Shown: one piece after another, positions 1 through 9,410 of the stretch
How the letters are laid out: each line of letters starts with the position of its first letter
How positions within the stretch are numbered: the first letter of the stretch is position 1
NCBI RefSeq assembly: GCF_002075285.3
Contig: NZ_CP021983.2
Location: forward strand, 3,930,001 to 3,962,000
Length of the DNA stretch: 32,000 bases
Reading direction: 5' to 3'
Source of the DNA: Halomicronema hongdechloris C2206
Lineage (GTDB): Bacteria > Cyanobacteriota > Cyanobacteriia > Phormidesmidales > Phormidesmidaceae
Program-made: the position numbers and the translations under genes
The notes under the pieces: model-generated
Database searches by the model: none
The model's input: only the letters and a program-made list of their open reading frames with translations
What the model was told of the DNA's origin: nothing

Positions 1-429
1 GTGGCGGCGAGCATAGCGCTCGACTAGGGCTTGGAAGGCTCGGGGGGCTGGCAGCAGGTGTTCGGCGGCCTGAATAATTGCTTCTAAGTCTTCAAAGTTG
101 CGACTGATGACCTGGAGTTGGGCTGCATGAACTTTGATCTGAAGGCAAATTTCACAGGGATCGTCGTAGATGCGATCGCACACCGCCTCCAAGACTGCCC
201 GCAATCGATGGGGAGGCAAGTCTAGCAGCTGCACCCCAATCCGCCCCTGCTCCGGAGTCATCGTATCGACGATGTAGCTCAGCGCTTCCTCCTCTAGGCC
301 AGGGAGATCATAAAGATCCTGATAAAAGACCTGGGCCCGGTGATCCCGATCAGTGGCACTGAGATCGGCATCTGTAATTTGAATCAGCCAGTCAAGCTGA
401 GTATCGCGTCCTAAGCCGCCTCCATTCAT
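1..429 (-). CDS. hypothetical protein (partial; 3' end runs off the window)
   Basis: ATG at 429-427 with GAGG about 5 nt upstream. 143 sense codons stay open to position 1 (MNGGGLGRDTQLDWLIQITDADLSATDRDH...). It is absent from the ORF track because no stop lies in the window. No family recognised. Confidence 0.45.
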   Translation of the reverse strand, partial: MNGGGLGRDTQLDWLIQITDADLSATDRDHRAQVFYQDLYDLPGLEEEALSYIVDTMTPEQGRIGVQLLDLPPHRLRAVLEAVCDRIYDDPCEICLQIKVHAAQLQVISRNFEDLEAIIQAAEHLLPAPRAFQALVERYARRH

Positions 430-600
430 AGTGCCTCACCATTGCAGATGCTGCCCCATGTTATACCAGGTAACCTCCCCTACGTCGTGCCTTAGACCGG
501 AGATCGCGGTTAAATCATCCCTCTCCTCAGGAGTCACGCCCCACCCCAGGCAGGATGTCATACTAAAGGATGTTTGCACTGCCTGCACTGCGCCTTGCCC

Positions 601-2961
601 ATGACAGCGTCCACCGACTTTTTGGCTCAACTCAATCCCTCCCAGCGGCACGCCGTAGAACACTTTTGCGGTCCCTTACTGGTGGTAGCTGGAGCCGGAT
701 CAGGGAAGACCCGGGCCCTCACCTATCGCATTGCCAACCTAGTCCTCACCCATCGCGTTGATCCTGAAAATATCCTGGCCGTCACCTTCACCAACAAAGC
801 TGCCAGGGAGATGAAAGAGCGCATAGACGTCCTATTTGCCGAGCAAGAGGCCCAAGCCAACTATGGTAAACCCCTGTCGGCCTTATCGGCCCGCGACCTG
901 ACCCAGCTCAAATCCAAGATTTATAAGACCCTGACCAAACACCTCTGGATTGGCACCTTCCATGCCCTCTGTGCCCGCATCCTGCGGTTCGATATCGAGA
1001 AATACCAGCATCCCAACGGCTATCGTTGGACCCGCAGCTTCTCCATCTTCGACGAATCCGATGCCCAAAGCCTCGTCAAAGCCATCGTCACTCAAGCCTT
1101 AAACCTAGACGACAAAAAATTTAACCCCCGCTCCGTACGCTACGCCATCAGTAACGCCAAAAACCAGAACCTCACCCCCGATGATTTTGAACGAGAACAG
1201 CCCAACTATCGAGGCCGAGTCATCGCCGATGTCTACCGCCGCTATCAACAGTCCTTGGCCGAAAATAACGCCCTCGACTTCGACGATTTAATCCTGGTTC
1301 CCGTGCATCTGTTTCAGCAAAATGAGCAGGTGCTGGGGTACTGGCACAAACGATTTCGCCATATCCTAGTGGACGAATATCAAGACACTAATCGCACCCA
1401 GTATGATTTGATTCGCCTCCTGGTGACCAATGGGGAAGCCATTGACCGTTTCAACGACTGGCAGCACCGGTCTGTATTTGTGGTCGGGGATGCCGATCAA
1501 AGTATTTATTCCTTCCGGGCGGCCGATTTCACCATCCTGATGAACTTTCAAGATGATTTCGGCGATCGACTCCCCGACGACGACACCCGTACCATGGTGA
1601 AGCTGGAAGAAAATTACCGCTCTACCGCCAATATTCTAGAAGTAGCCAATCACCTGATCGAAAACAACACCGAGCGTATCGATAAGGTATTGCGGGCTAC
1701 CCGGGGAGAAGGGGAAAGCATTTTCTGTTATCGGGCTGACGACGAGACGGCGGAGGCAGATTTTATCGTTGCCCAAATTCGGAATCTAGAGTTTCAGCAC
1801 CCAGAGCTGCGCTGGAGCGACTTTGCCATTCTCTACCGCACTAATGCTCAGTCCCGGGCCTTCGAGGAAGTCCTCACCCGCTACAGTATTCCCTACCAGG
1901 TCGTGGGCGGTTTACGGTTCTATGACCGCCGCGAAATTAAAGATGTCTTGGCCTACTTGCGGGTGATTGCCAACCCCGCCGATAGCGTCAGCCTAAAGCG
2001 CGTGATCAATGTCCCCAAGCGGGGAGTCGGTAAAAGCACCCTAGAAAAACTAGAGAATGCCGCCCAAACCCTAGGCGGGGTGCCCTTGTGGGAAATCCTG
2101 ACCGACGAGACCTCGGTGAAGACCCTGGCAGGGCGCTCTGCCAAGGGCGTCATAGCCTTTACTCAGCTGATTAAAACCTACCGAGACCGGTTGGACAGCG
2201 CCAAGGGCTCTGAAATCCTACAGGATCTGCTGGACGCCTCAGGGTACGTAGAGGCCCTCAAGACTGAAGGCACTGACGAAGCCTACGAGCGTCTGGGCAA
2301 CGTGCAGGAACTCTACAACGCCATACTGCAGTTCGAAGAAGAAAACGAAGAGACCTCCCTGCTAGCCTTTCTAGCCAATGCTTCTCTAGCCTCCGATCTA
2401 GACAGTGTGGATGAGAGTGGCAATATGGTCTCCCTGATGACCTTACATTCCTCCAAGGGCCTGGAATTCCCGGTGGTGTTCTTAGTGGGACTAGAGCAGG
2501 GGTTATTTCCCAACTTTCGCTCCCTGGAAGATCCCGCCGCCACGGAGGAAGAACGTCGTCTCTGCTACGTCGGCATTACTCGAGCCAAAGAGCGGCTGTT
2601 TATCTCCTATGCCCGAGAACGCCGTCTCTACGGCAGTCGAGAACCTGCTAGTCCTTCCCTCTTTCTGGCAGAACTCCCGACTGACCACATCACAACCAAT
2701 GTGGGTCTGGGGCTGCCCCAGCGGATGACCACTCCGATGCGGGAAACCCGGCGAAAGCAGGCAGCGGCTGCCAAACCCGGCTCTGGAGCCCATGAATTTG
2801 ATTGGAATGTGGGGGACCAAGTCGTGCACAACGCTTTTGGTAGTGGGGAAGTCACCCATATTTTCGGCGCGGGTAATAAAATCTGCTTGGCGATTAAATT
2901 CCCTGGCCTAGGGCGCAAGATCATCGATCCGAAACTGTCTACCTTGCAACGGCTAGAGTAG
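601..2961 (+). CDS. pcrA: ATP-dependent DNA helicase PcrA/UvrD (SF1)
   Basis: Walker A AGAGSGKT, AVTFTNKAAREM, VDEYQDTN, VGDADQSIYSFR, LEENYRS, TLHSSKGLEFPVVFL, YVGITRAK and a C-terminal Tudor-like tail. The longest ORF starts at TTG 574. ATG 601 gives the family-typical N-terminus MTAS..FLAQLNPSQRHAV. Confidence 0.9.
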   Translation: MTASTDFLAQLNPSQRHAVEHFCGPLLVVAGAGSGKTRALTYRIANLVLTHRVDPENILAVTFTNKAAREMKERIDVLFAEQEAQANYGKPLSALSARDLTQLKSKIYKTLTKHLWIGTFHALCARILRFDIEKYQHPNGYRWTRSFSIFDESDAQSLVKAIVTQALNLDDKKFNPRSVRYAISNAKNQNLTPDDFEREQPNYRGRVIADVYRRYQQSLAENNALDFDDLILVPVHLFQQNEQVLGYWHKRFRHILVDEYQDTNRTQYDLIRLLVTNGEAIDRFNDWQHRSVFVVGDADQSIYSFRAADFTILMNFQDDFGDRLPDDDTRTMVKLEENYRSTANILEVANHLIENNTERIDKVLRATRGEGESIFCYRADDETAEADFIVAQIRNLEFQHPELRWSDFAILYRTNAQSRAFEEVLTRYSIPYQVVGGLRFYDRREIKDVLAYLRVIANPADSVSLKRVINVPKRGVGKSTLEKLENAAQTLGGVPLWEILTDETSVKTLAGRSAKGVIAFTQLIKTYRDRLDSAKGSEILQDLLDASGYVEALKTEGTDEAYERLGNVQELYNAILQFEEENEETSLLAFLANASLASDLDSVDESGNMVSLMTLHSSKGLEFPVVFLVGLEQGLFPNFRSLEDPAATEEERRLCYVGITRAKERLFISYARERRLYGSREPASPSLFLAELPTDHITTNVGLGLPQRMTTPMRETRRKQAAAAKPGSGAHEFDWNVGDQVVHNAFGSGEVTHIFGAGNKICLAIKFPGLGRKIIDPKLSTLQRLE

Positions 2962-3139
2962 AGACGCAATGTATCGCTGCCCTATAACGGGTCGCGGAGC
3001 AATAGCAGCAGGACCTGTCGCCCCGTTCTTGGCTCAGGTCTTGGGCGTCAAGGGGTTTGATGTCGAGGTCAGCCCTAGGGGAAGCTTAAGCCCATCAGAT
3101 GCGTGAAAAAGTACGTTAAGATGGCCAGCAGCCTGCTTG

Positions 3140-3880
3140 ATGATGTCGGTGCCTACCGTGTCCCCTAAGCCAGCTTCAGATACCTCACTGCGGTCTCGAC
3201 CATCCCAGGATCATGGGCCAGTGCTGCTGACGGCATTGATGCTGTTGGGAGTCGCCTGGACCATTTCCCAGTGGTCTGCAGCCTCCCCCCCTCGTCTAGG
3301 TCCGGTGGAGTGGGCACCCCAGCCGCAACCGTTGGCCATGCAAGGGGGCGATCCCTATATTCGGGCGCTGATGCGTACGATTTCAGCCGCCGAGTCGAAT
3401 ACTCGTCAGCCTTACCACGTACTCTATGGTGGATACCAGGTAGACGACCTGAGTCAGCATCCAGAAACCTGTATCACTATCGTCACGGGGCCTAATAAGG
3501 GCGACTGCACGACTGCGGCTGGCCGCTATCAGTTTCTCGATACCACTTGGTCTGCCAAGGCCGAGAAATACCATCCCCAGCCGCCGCCCTGGTATGAGGT
3601 CTGGCAGCATTATAGTTTTGAACCCCAGTTTCAAGATGCCGTGGTCTACCGTTGGCTCAGTGACCCGAGTGCTTGGGGAGTAGATTTAGCCTTGCTATTG
3701 CGGCAGGGGGAACTACAACGGGTGTTAAAAATTCTCTCTGGCACTTGGACCAGTTTGGGCTACGGCATCGAAGACAACAGCATGACAACTCGTCTACCCC
3801 GCATCTATGAGGCCATGCTGCAAGAAGAACTCGCTCGCACCAGTGCAGTGCCATCTAAGACGTCACCGGGCTCATCGTGA
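3140..3880 (+). CDS. membrane-anchored lambda-R-like lytic transglycosylase (GH104-type lysozyme fold)
   Basis: Block-by-block resemblance to phage lambda R endolysin: ALMRTISAAESN (catalytic Glu block), YHVLYGGYQVDDLSQHP, TTAAGRYQFLDTTW, FEPQFQDAVVYRWL, TWTSLGYG. N-terminal TM segment LLTALMLLGVAWTI. Confidence 0.75.
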   Translation: MMSVPTVSPKPASDTSLRSRPSQDHGPVLLTALMLLGVAWTISQWSAASPPRLGPVEWAPQPQPLAMQGGDPYIRALMRTISAAESNTRQPYHVLYGGYQVDDLSQHPETCITIVTGPNKGDCTTAAGRYQFLDTTWSAKAEKYHPQPPPWYEVWQHYSFEPQFQDAVVYRWLSDPSAWGVDLALLLRQGELQRVLKILSGTWTSLGYGIEDNSMTTRLPRIYEAMLQEELARTSAVPSKTSPGSS

Positions 3881-3899
3881 TTGGGATTTAGGATTACCT

Positions 3900-4844
3900 T
3901 CACTTGTAAATGTTGGCTGCCTTAAGCATGTGATACGTAATTAGTAACTGGGTGAGGGCCAGGGGATAACTCTGCAAAATCTCGCCAGTGGTTCCCACAA
4001 CTTTGCCGATATCTTCATTACCTTCCAGGCTACAAAACTGCCCCAAATAAGGAATCTCGTTGCAGAGGGTACGTTCCAGCTCTTGCACCTGTTGGGCGTT
4101 AGCGCGGCTATCGATCCCTAACACATCTACTGGTTTACCCATGTCTCGATCCAGCTCTAGACGAATGGCATCCCCTAGATGAGAGTTTTTGTCGTCTAAC
4201 AGATGGGTAAAGTCGGGATGGGGAATCGTGGGTCTCAGCACTAGCCGCACGTTCAACAGAAGATCATCTTGGTCCCCATTACCGTCATTGGGTGGATAAA
4301 ACGTGACCACGACATCCGCCCACTGGCGTTGGGGGCGAATGAACGCCTCTGAATCTGGCTCTCGCTGCTTCAGTTGAGCCAACACTTGTTCATCGGTGTA
4401 GCCCCGCTTGCGAGTATCTCGCTTGATCTTCCAATGGGCTCGTAGCGATTCGGGAGGAGCCAAATAAACTTTGACATCGTAGCTGTCTCGGGCCGCCCGA
4501 GTGTAGTAGCCTAAGAGCCCCTCAACAATCACAAAGCGGCGGGGAAAAATGTATTCGGGGGGATCAAATTTTCCGGTGTCGTGATTATAAATGGGTTTGA
4601 GAATTGGTTGGCCAGTACGCAATAGCCCCAGATGCTGCTGAATAATATCGATATAGTTGCAGTCAGGGTGAACGGCTGAAATACCAATCTCTTTACGCTG
4701 TTGTCGATCGTAGCGGTGGTAGTCGTCGGTGCAGATGGTGGTGACTTGATCCTCACCAAGGATCTGAGCAATGCCTCGGGTTAAGGTCGTTTTCCCAGCA
4801 GCGCTATCACCAACAATGCCGAGAATAATGGGACGACTAGCCAT
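3900..4844 (-). CDS. phosphoribulokinase/uridine kinase family protein (divergent PRK-like paralogue)
   Basis: P-loop IVGDSAAGKTT, ICTDDYHRYDRQQRKE, KPIYNHDTG and VIVEGL align with PRK. The C-terminal half is divergent from Calvin-cycle PRK. Confidence 0.75.
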   Translation of the reverse strand: MASRPIILGIVGDSAAGKTTLTRGIAQILGEDQVTTICTDDYHRYDRQQRKEIGISAVHPDCNYIDIIQQHLGLLRTGQPILKPIYNHDTGKFDPPEYIFPRRFVIVEGLLGYYTRAARDSYDVKVYLAPPESLRAHWKIKRDTRKRGYTDEQVLAQLKQREPDSEAFIRPQRQWADVVVTFYPPNDGNGDQDDLLLNVRLVLRPTIPHPDFTHLLDDKNSHLGDAIRLELDRDMGKPVDVLGIDSRANAQQVQELERTLCNEIPYLGQFCSLEGNEDIGKVVGTTGEILQSYPLALTQLLITYHMLKAANIYK

Positions 4845-5116
4845 GGAGCCTCCAGGACAAGGATAACCTTTCCATTGTAGAGAGCAATCTACCCTAACTC
4901 AAGGCATGGCTAATGGGACTAGTGTTCTGTCAGACCTAGATTTTAGGGTGTTGATTGGGGCTGGCGATCTAACGCACCGGCTACTGCCCATAACCTCAGA
5001 CCTGACGAAACACTAGCCAGAAGTTAAGAGACGACCAGATTAAGTCACCCTTGAGCCAAGCTGCCTCAGACGAGACCTGGCCCTAGGAGGCAGACAGCAC
5101 AACTGTAGCCGACGCC

Positions 5117-5524
5117 TTACTCGCCATCATCTGCTTCTGAGTCTGTCCCATTGATTTGCTTGAGGCGAATGTGCTTGCGGCCGAGGGAGATTTCAAACTC
5201 ATCGCCAGGCTTAAGTCCCATCTGCTTAGTATAGGCAGAGCCAATCAACAGATTGCCGTTGGACTGCACCGTGATGCGATAGCTAGCGCTACGACCACCC
5301 CGGCCATTGGCATCACTTTGGGTGTTATCGAGCTGAATACCTTCTGCCTCGATTAGGGCATTCAGGAACTTCATCATATTGACTCGCGGGGCACCATTTT
5401 TAGTAATGGTATAGTAGCCGCACTCCTTTGCCTTTTCCTCTCTGCTGAGGTGATCTAACTCTTTGACTTTCTTGACTAAGTCTTTACCGGTGAGGGGTTC
5501 CATCTTCGTATCTTTAGCCATCAA
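5117..5524 (-). CDS. cyanobacterial AbrB-family transcriptional regulator (cyAbrB, C-terminal AbrB/SpoVT domain)
   Basis: N-terminal LTGKDLVKKVKELD..REEKAKECGYY..PRVNMMKFLNALIEAEG plus C-terminal swapped-hairpin block YRITVQSNGNLLIGSAYTKQMGLKPGDEFEI, typical of the CalA/CalB (Sll0359/Sll0822) class. Confidence 0.8.
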   Translation of the reverse strand: MMAKDTKMEPLTGKDLVKKVKELDHLSREEKAKECGYYTITKNGAPRVNMMKFLNALIEAEGIQLDNTQSDANGRGGRSASYRITVQSNGNLLIGSAYTKQMGLKPGDEFEISLGRKHIRLKQINGTDSEADDGE

Positions 5525-6226
5525 CTCTCGTCTCTTAGAACAACAGGGCTACGAAAAGAGCAGAGGATGTTTGTAGTGTTACTAAATCCTACTTTCCGTG
5601 CGCATCTAGCTTAACTGTAATGATGACATGCAGAATGATACTACATTGAAATAGTTTTTTGCATTTAATTTGCCTGGGAAATTCCATCACGACTCAATTA
5701 GTTGGTGTAGAGATCGAGAGGTCTGATCGATCTAGCCGACGAAATAGATCAAATCTGGGTTGCCGCTCCCAGGGCCAATTCACGATGGAAATCTTAACGC
5801 GCTTCTCAGGCCGGTTTTATCAAGACTGTCAGCAGCTTGTATGAGCGTTCACGGTAGTTCTGAACCTCCTGCTTGTCGATTGTCCAAGCAGTTTGCCAAC
5901 CATCTCTAATACCGGTGCTTAAATAACGGCAACCCGGTCTGGTCTCTAGCGCTTACTCCCGCGGCAGCCCAACCCTGTATGGACAGGCAACGAATGAGGT
6001 GTCCCTGCCTAAGCCGAGGCTCTTTAGAGCAGGCTCAGATCAGCAGGGGGCGTTCTGTCAAGATTCGTTGATAGAGACATTTAGTCTACTAGTCTAAGAG
6101 GATAAGACTCAGGAATACCGCAGTAGATAGAGAAACTCTGCCCCCAATGAATTGTTTGGCTTTCTCTACGCTTGAGTGGCGCCTGCAGAGCATGACGGTT
6201 AAGGAGTGTGCGATGGAACTGCCCCT

Positions 6227-6670
6227 ATGAAGTTAACGACTCGCGGTCATTACAGTGTTAAGGCCCTACTCGATCTCAGCCTACAACCGCCGACGCAACC
6301 AGTCTCAGTGACTGCGATCGCACGTCGCCAAGAGTTACCGGCTCCCTATTTAGAAAAACTGTTGTTGGAGCTGCGCCGAGCCGGGCTAGTGGACTCTGTG
6401 CGGGGAGCCCAAGGGGGCTATCGCTTGGCCAAGGCTCCAGACCAAATTTCCCTGGGCCAAATTCTAGAGGCCGTGGGCGAAACCATCGACCCGTTACCAC
6501 GCCACCAACCGCAGATGGAACAGGCAGAGGACTGGGTTACCTTTACCGTCTGGAGACGGCTGCATCAAAAGCTTAAAGAAGCCCTCTACAGCATTTCCCT
6601 AGAGGATCTGTATTACGACGCCCGCAGTTGGCAAGCCGCCCAAGGGGAAGATGCCAGCTTCGTGGTATGA
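6227..6670 (+). CDS. Rrf2-family transcriptional regulator (Cys-less type)
   Basis: MKLTTRGHYSVKALLDLS..VSVTAIARRQELPAPYLEKLLLELRRAGLVDSVRGAQGGYRLAK is the Rrf2 winged helix. ATG 6227 chosen over GTG 6206. There is no Cys triad for an Fe-S cluster. Confidence 0.85.
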   Translation: MKLTTRGHYSVKALLDLSLQPPTQPVSVTAIARRQELPAPYLEKLLLELRRAGLVDSVRGAQGGYRLAKAPDQISLGQILEAVGETIDPLPRHQPQMEQAEDWVTFTVWRRLHQKLKEALYSISLEDLYYDARSWQAAQGEDASFVV

Positions 6671-7634
6671 GGCGGTTGGCATTCTCTGGTTAGCGGCCCT
6701 GCTAGATTTTGGCATTGGCGATCCGTGGCAGTGGCCTCACCCGGTCCAGGCCATGGGACTCGTCATTCAGCATGGCAGTGTCGTGGCCCTGCGCCTGCCT
6801 AATGCCAGGGCTCGACGCTGGGCTGGGGTAGTTCTGGGCAGTGGGCTGGTGGCGGGCAGTGGCGTCGGGGGTTGGGGGCTAGTGCATCTGGCCAGTCTAG
6901 GCCATCCCTATCTGGGTTATGGGCTCGAGGCCGGCTTGTTAGCCAGTTGTCTGGCGGCTCGCAGCTTACGACAGGCGGCGATACATGTGCTGCAGCCTTT
7001 AGCCCGGGGAGACTTGGCCACGGCCCGCCGCCATCTCAGTCTCTACGTGGGACGCGATACCGATGGACTGGCAGCCCCCGAGATCTATCGGGCCGTATTG
7101 GAAACGATCAGTGAAAATGCCACCGATGGGGCGTTTGGCCCGCTGTTTTATGGCCTGCTGGGCTTGGTGGTGCCGGGGGCTGGGGCGGGGCTGGCCTTGG
7201 CTTACAAAGCCGCGAGCACTCTGGATTCTATGGTGGGCTATCGCCAGCCCCCCTATCGGGAGCTGGGGTGGTTTAGTGCCCGCTTGGAAGATGGGCTCAC
7301 TTGGTTGCCCTGCCGCCTTACCGTGCTCACTATTGCCCTACTGTCGGGACGCCCCGGCCATGTCTGGCGGCTCTGTCGTCGCGATGCGATCGCAGATCCC
7401 AGTCCCAATGCCGGTTGGAGTGAGTGTGCCTATGCCGCTGCCCTAGGGGTGCAGCTCGGCGGGGAAAATCGCTATGGCGGTCGGCCGACATCTAAACCCC
7501 TGTTGGCAGACCCACTCTGTCCCATTACCCCCGCCAGCATTGAGCAGGCCCTACACCTGACGCGCCATGGCCTCTGGCTGTGGTTGCTGCTGGGCAGCCT
7601 CTGGCTAGGGCTGGGACGATCGACGCTGGCTTAG
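6651..7634 (+). CDS. cobD: adenosylcobinamide-phosphate synthase CobD/CbiB
   Basis: N-terminal [19 protein letters not shown] signature and a multi-TM protein. The ATG overlaps the Rrf2 stop by 20 nt. Confidence 0.85.
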   Translation: MPASWYEAVGILWLAALLDFGIGDPWQWPHPVQAMGLVIQHGSVVALRLPNARARRWAGVVLGSGLVAGSGVGGWGLVHLASLGHPYLGYGLEAGLLASCLAARSLRQAAIHVLQPLARGDLATARRHLSLYVGRDTDGLAAPEIYRAVLETISENATDGAFGPLFYGLLGLVVPGAGAGLALAYKAASTLDSMVGYRQPPYRELGWFSARLEDGLTWLPCRLTVLTIALLSGRPGHVWRLCRRDAIADPSPNAGWSECAYAAALGVQLGGENRYGGRPTSKPLLADPLCPITPASIEQALHLTRHGLWLWLLLGSLWLGLGRSTLA

Positions 7635-7686
7635 GGAAGACCACCATTATGATCAAAGTGCTATTATCCAGCCCTTTGAGGTCCCC

Positions 7687-8223
7687 ATGTTCCCCACGGT
7701 CGTTGAGATTTTATCTGCCGATGAACTGCGCCGCACCCTCAATCGCTTAGCCTCCGAAATCGTGGAGCGGGCCAGTGCCGTCTCAGACTTAGTCTTGGTG
7801 GGCATCTATACCCGGGGGGTGCCCCTAGCCCAAAGCCTGGCCCAACAAATTCAGCATCTGGAAAATTACCAGGTTCCCCTAGGAGCCCTAGATATCACCT
7901 TCTACCGGGATGACTTAGATAAAATTGGCATCCGCACGCCGGCTCGCACCAGCATTCCCTTCGATCTCGCTGGCAAGACTGTGGTGCTGGTCGATGATGT
8001 CATCTACAGCGGCCGCACCATTCGGGCAGCTCTCAATGCCATTAATGACTATGGTCGGCCCGATGTCATTCGCCTCGCCGCCCTGATCGACCGAGGCCAT
8101 CGCCAAGTGCCAATTCACCCCGACTTCGTCGGTAAGACCCTACCCACCTCCCGGGAAGAGTCGGTGCGGGTGTTTGTGCAGGATATCGATGGCCAGGATG
8201 GCGTGCAGTTGTTAACTCGCTAA
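7687..8223 (+). CDS. pyrR: bifunctional pyrimidine operon regulator / uracil phosphoribosyltransferase PyrR
   Basis: 178 aa. [27 protein letters not shown]-binding motif [35 protein letters not shown]. Confidence 0.9.
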   Translation: MFPTVVEILSADELRRTLNRLASEIVERASAVSDLVLVGIYTRGVPLAQSLAQQIQHLENYQVPLGALDITFYRDDLDKIGIRTPARTSIPFDLAGKTVVLVDDVIYSGRTIRAALNAINDYGRPDVIRLAALIDRGHRQVPIHPDFVGKTLPTSREESVRVFVQDIDGQDGVQLLTR

Positions 8224-8303
8224 TTCCCCATGGCTAATGCTTGGATTTATGGGACACTACCCCCAGCGACTGTCCAGGGGAATCCCCTGGCTGACCTAGA
8301 GAG

Positions 8304-9371
8304 TTGAGCAACCCGTTTACCGTGACCGTATTGCCCCCTACTGCTGCAGACACCCAAGCCCGCAAAGCCGATCACCTGCGCATCTGCCTCGATGATGATG
8401 TGCAGTTTCGGCGCACGACCACTGGCCTAGATCGCTATCGGTTTACCCACTGTTGCCTGCCGGAACTGGGCCAGGAGGATATCGATTTGGGCACTCCGTT
8501 TTTAGGGAAAACCCTGGCAGCACCACTGCTGATTTCATCTATGACCGGGGGAACAGAACAGGCCTGGCAGATCAACCGCCGCCTCGCCACAGCAGCTCAG
8601 CACTACGGGTTAGCCATGGGGGTGGGGTCTCAACGGGTGGCCGTCGAAAATCCAGACTTGATGGCTACCTTTGCCGTGCGCTCAGTGGCTCCCAATATTT
8701 TGCTGTGTGCCAATTTGGGAGCGGTGCAGCTCAATTATGGCTATGGTCTCGATCAGTGCCGGCGGGTGGTGGAGCGTCTGGAAGCCGATGTGCTGATTTT
8801 GCACCTCAATCCGTTGCAAGAGGCGGTGCAGACCCGAGGGGATACTAATTTCAAGGGGTTGCTAGGAAAGATTACCCACCTGTGTGAGCAGTTGCCGGTG
8901 CCAGTGATCGCCAAGGAGGTGGGCAATGGCATCTCGGGGGCCATGGCTCGTCGGTTGATCGAGGCGGGCATCGCTGCTGTCGATGTGGCTGGTGCCGGCG
9001 GTACCTCCTGGGCCAAGGTGGAAAGTGAGCGGGCTGAAGATCCGATCCAGCGCCGTCTGGGGCGCACCTTTGGGGACTGGGGCTTGCCCACGGCAGAGTG
9101 CATCACTCAGGTTCGTGCGATCGCACCTGAGCTGCCACTCATCGCCTCCGGGGGATTACGAACTGGCTTGGATGTGGCCAAAACCATTGCCCTGGGCGCG
9201 GATATCGCTGGCTTGGCCTTTCCCTTCCTCAAGGCGGCCAGTGACTCTGATGCCGCCCTACACAGCCTCATTGATGTCTTGATTGCCGAGCTCACCACGG
9301 TCTTATTTTGTACCGGCAAGGCTACCCCAACCGCCCTGCGAGACGACCACACACTGCAGCCGATACCATAG
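8304..9371 (+). CDS. fni: type 2 isopentenyl-diphosphate delta-isomerase (FMN-dependent)
   Basis: [62 protein letters not shown] start at 8304 taken from the ORF track. Confidence 0.85.
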   Translation: MSNPFTVTVLPPTAADTQARKADHLRICLDDDVQFRRTTTGLDRYRFTHCCLPELGQEDIDLGTPFLGKTLAAPLLISSMTGGTEQAWQINRRLATAAQHYGLAMGVGSQRVAVENPDLMATFAVRSVAPNILLCANLGAVQLNYGYGLDQCRRVVERLEADVLILHLNPLQEAVQTRGDTNFKGLLGKITHLCEQLPVPVIAKEVGNGISGAMARRLIEAGIAAVDVAGAGGTSWAKVESERAEDPIQRRLGRTFGDWGLPTAECITQVRAIAPELPLIASGGLRTGLDVAKTIALGADIAGLAFPFLKAASDSDAALHSLIDVLIAELTTVLFCTGKATPTALRDDHTLQPIP

Positions 9372-9410
9372 GAAGGCGACCCTGCCCCATATTTCTCCTA
9401 CGGTTAAGTC

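Noticed and set aside
436-761. 75-aa minus ORF (436-663) and 63-aa plus ORF (570-761) at the pcrA 5' end
   Set aside because: They overlap the pcrA start region, have no SD and no protein-like sequence, and pcrA accounts for the region.
6206-6226. GTG 6206 as the Rrf2 start (MCDGTAPMKL...)
   Set aside because: The GTG abuts the AAGGAG SD with zero spacing. Rrf2 proteins start at MKL[TS]..G.Y, so ATG 6227 is the better start.
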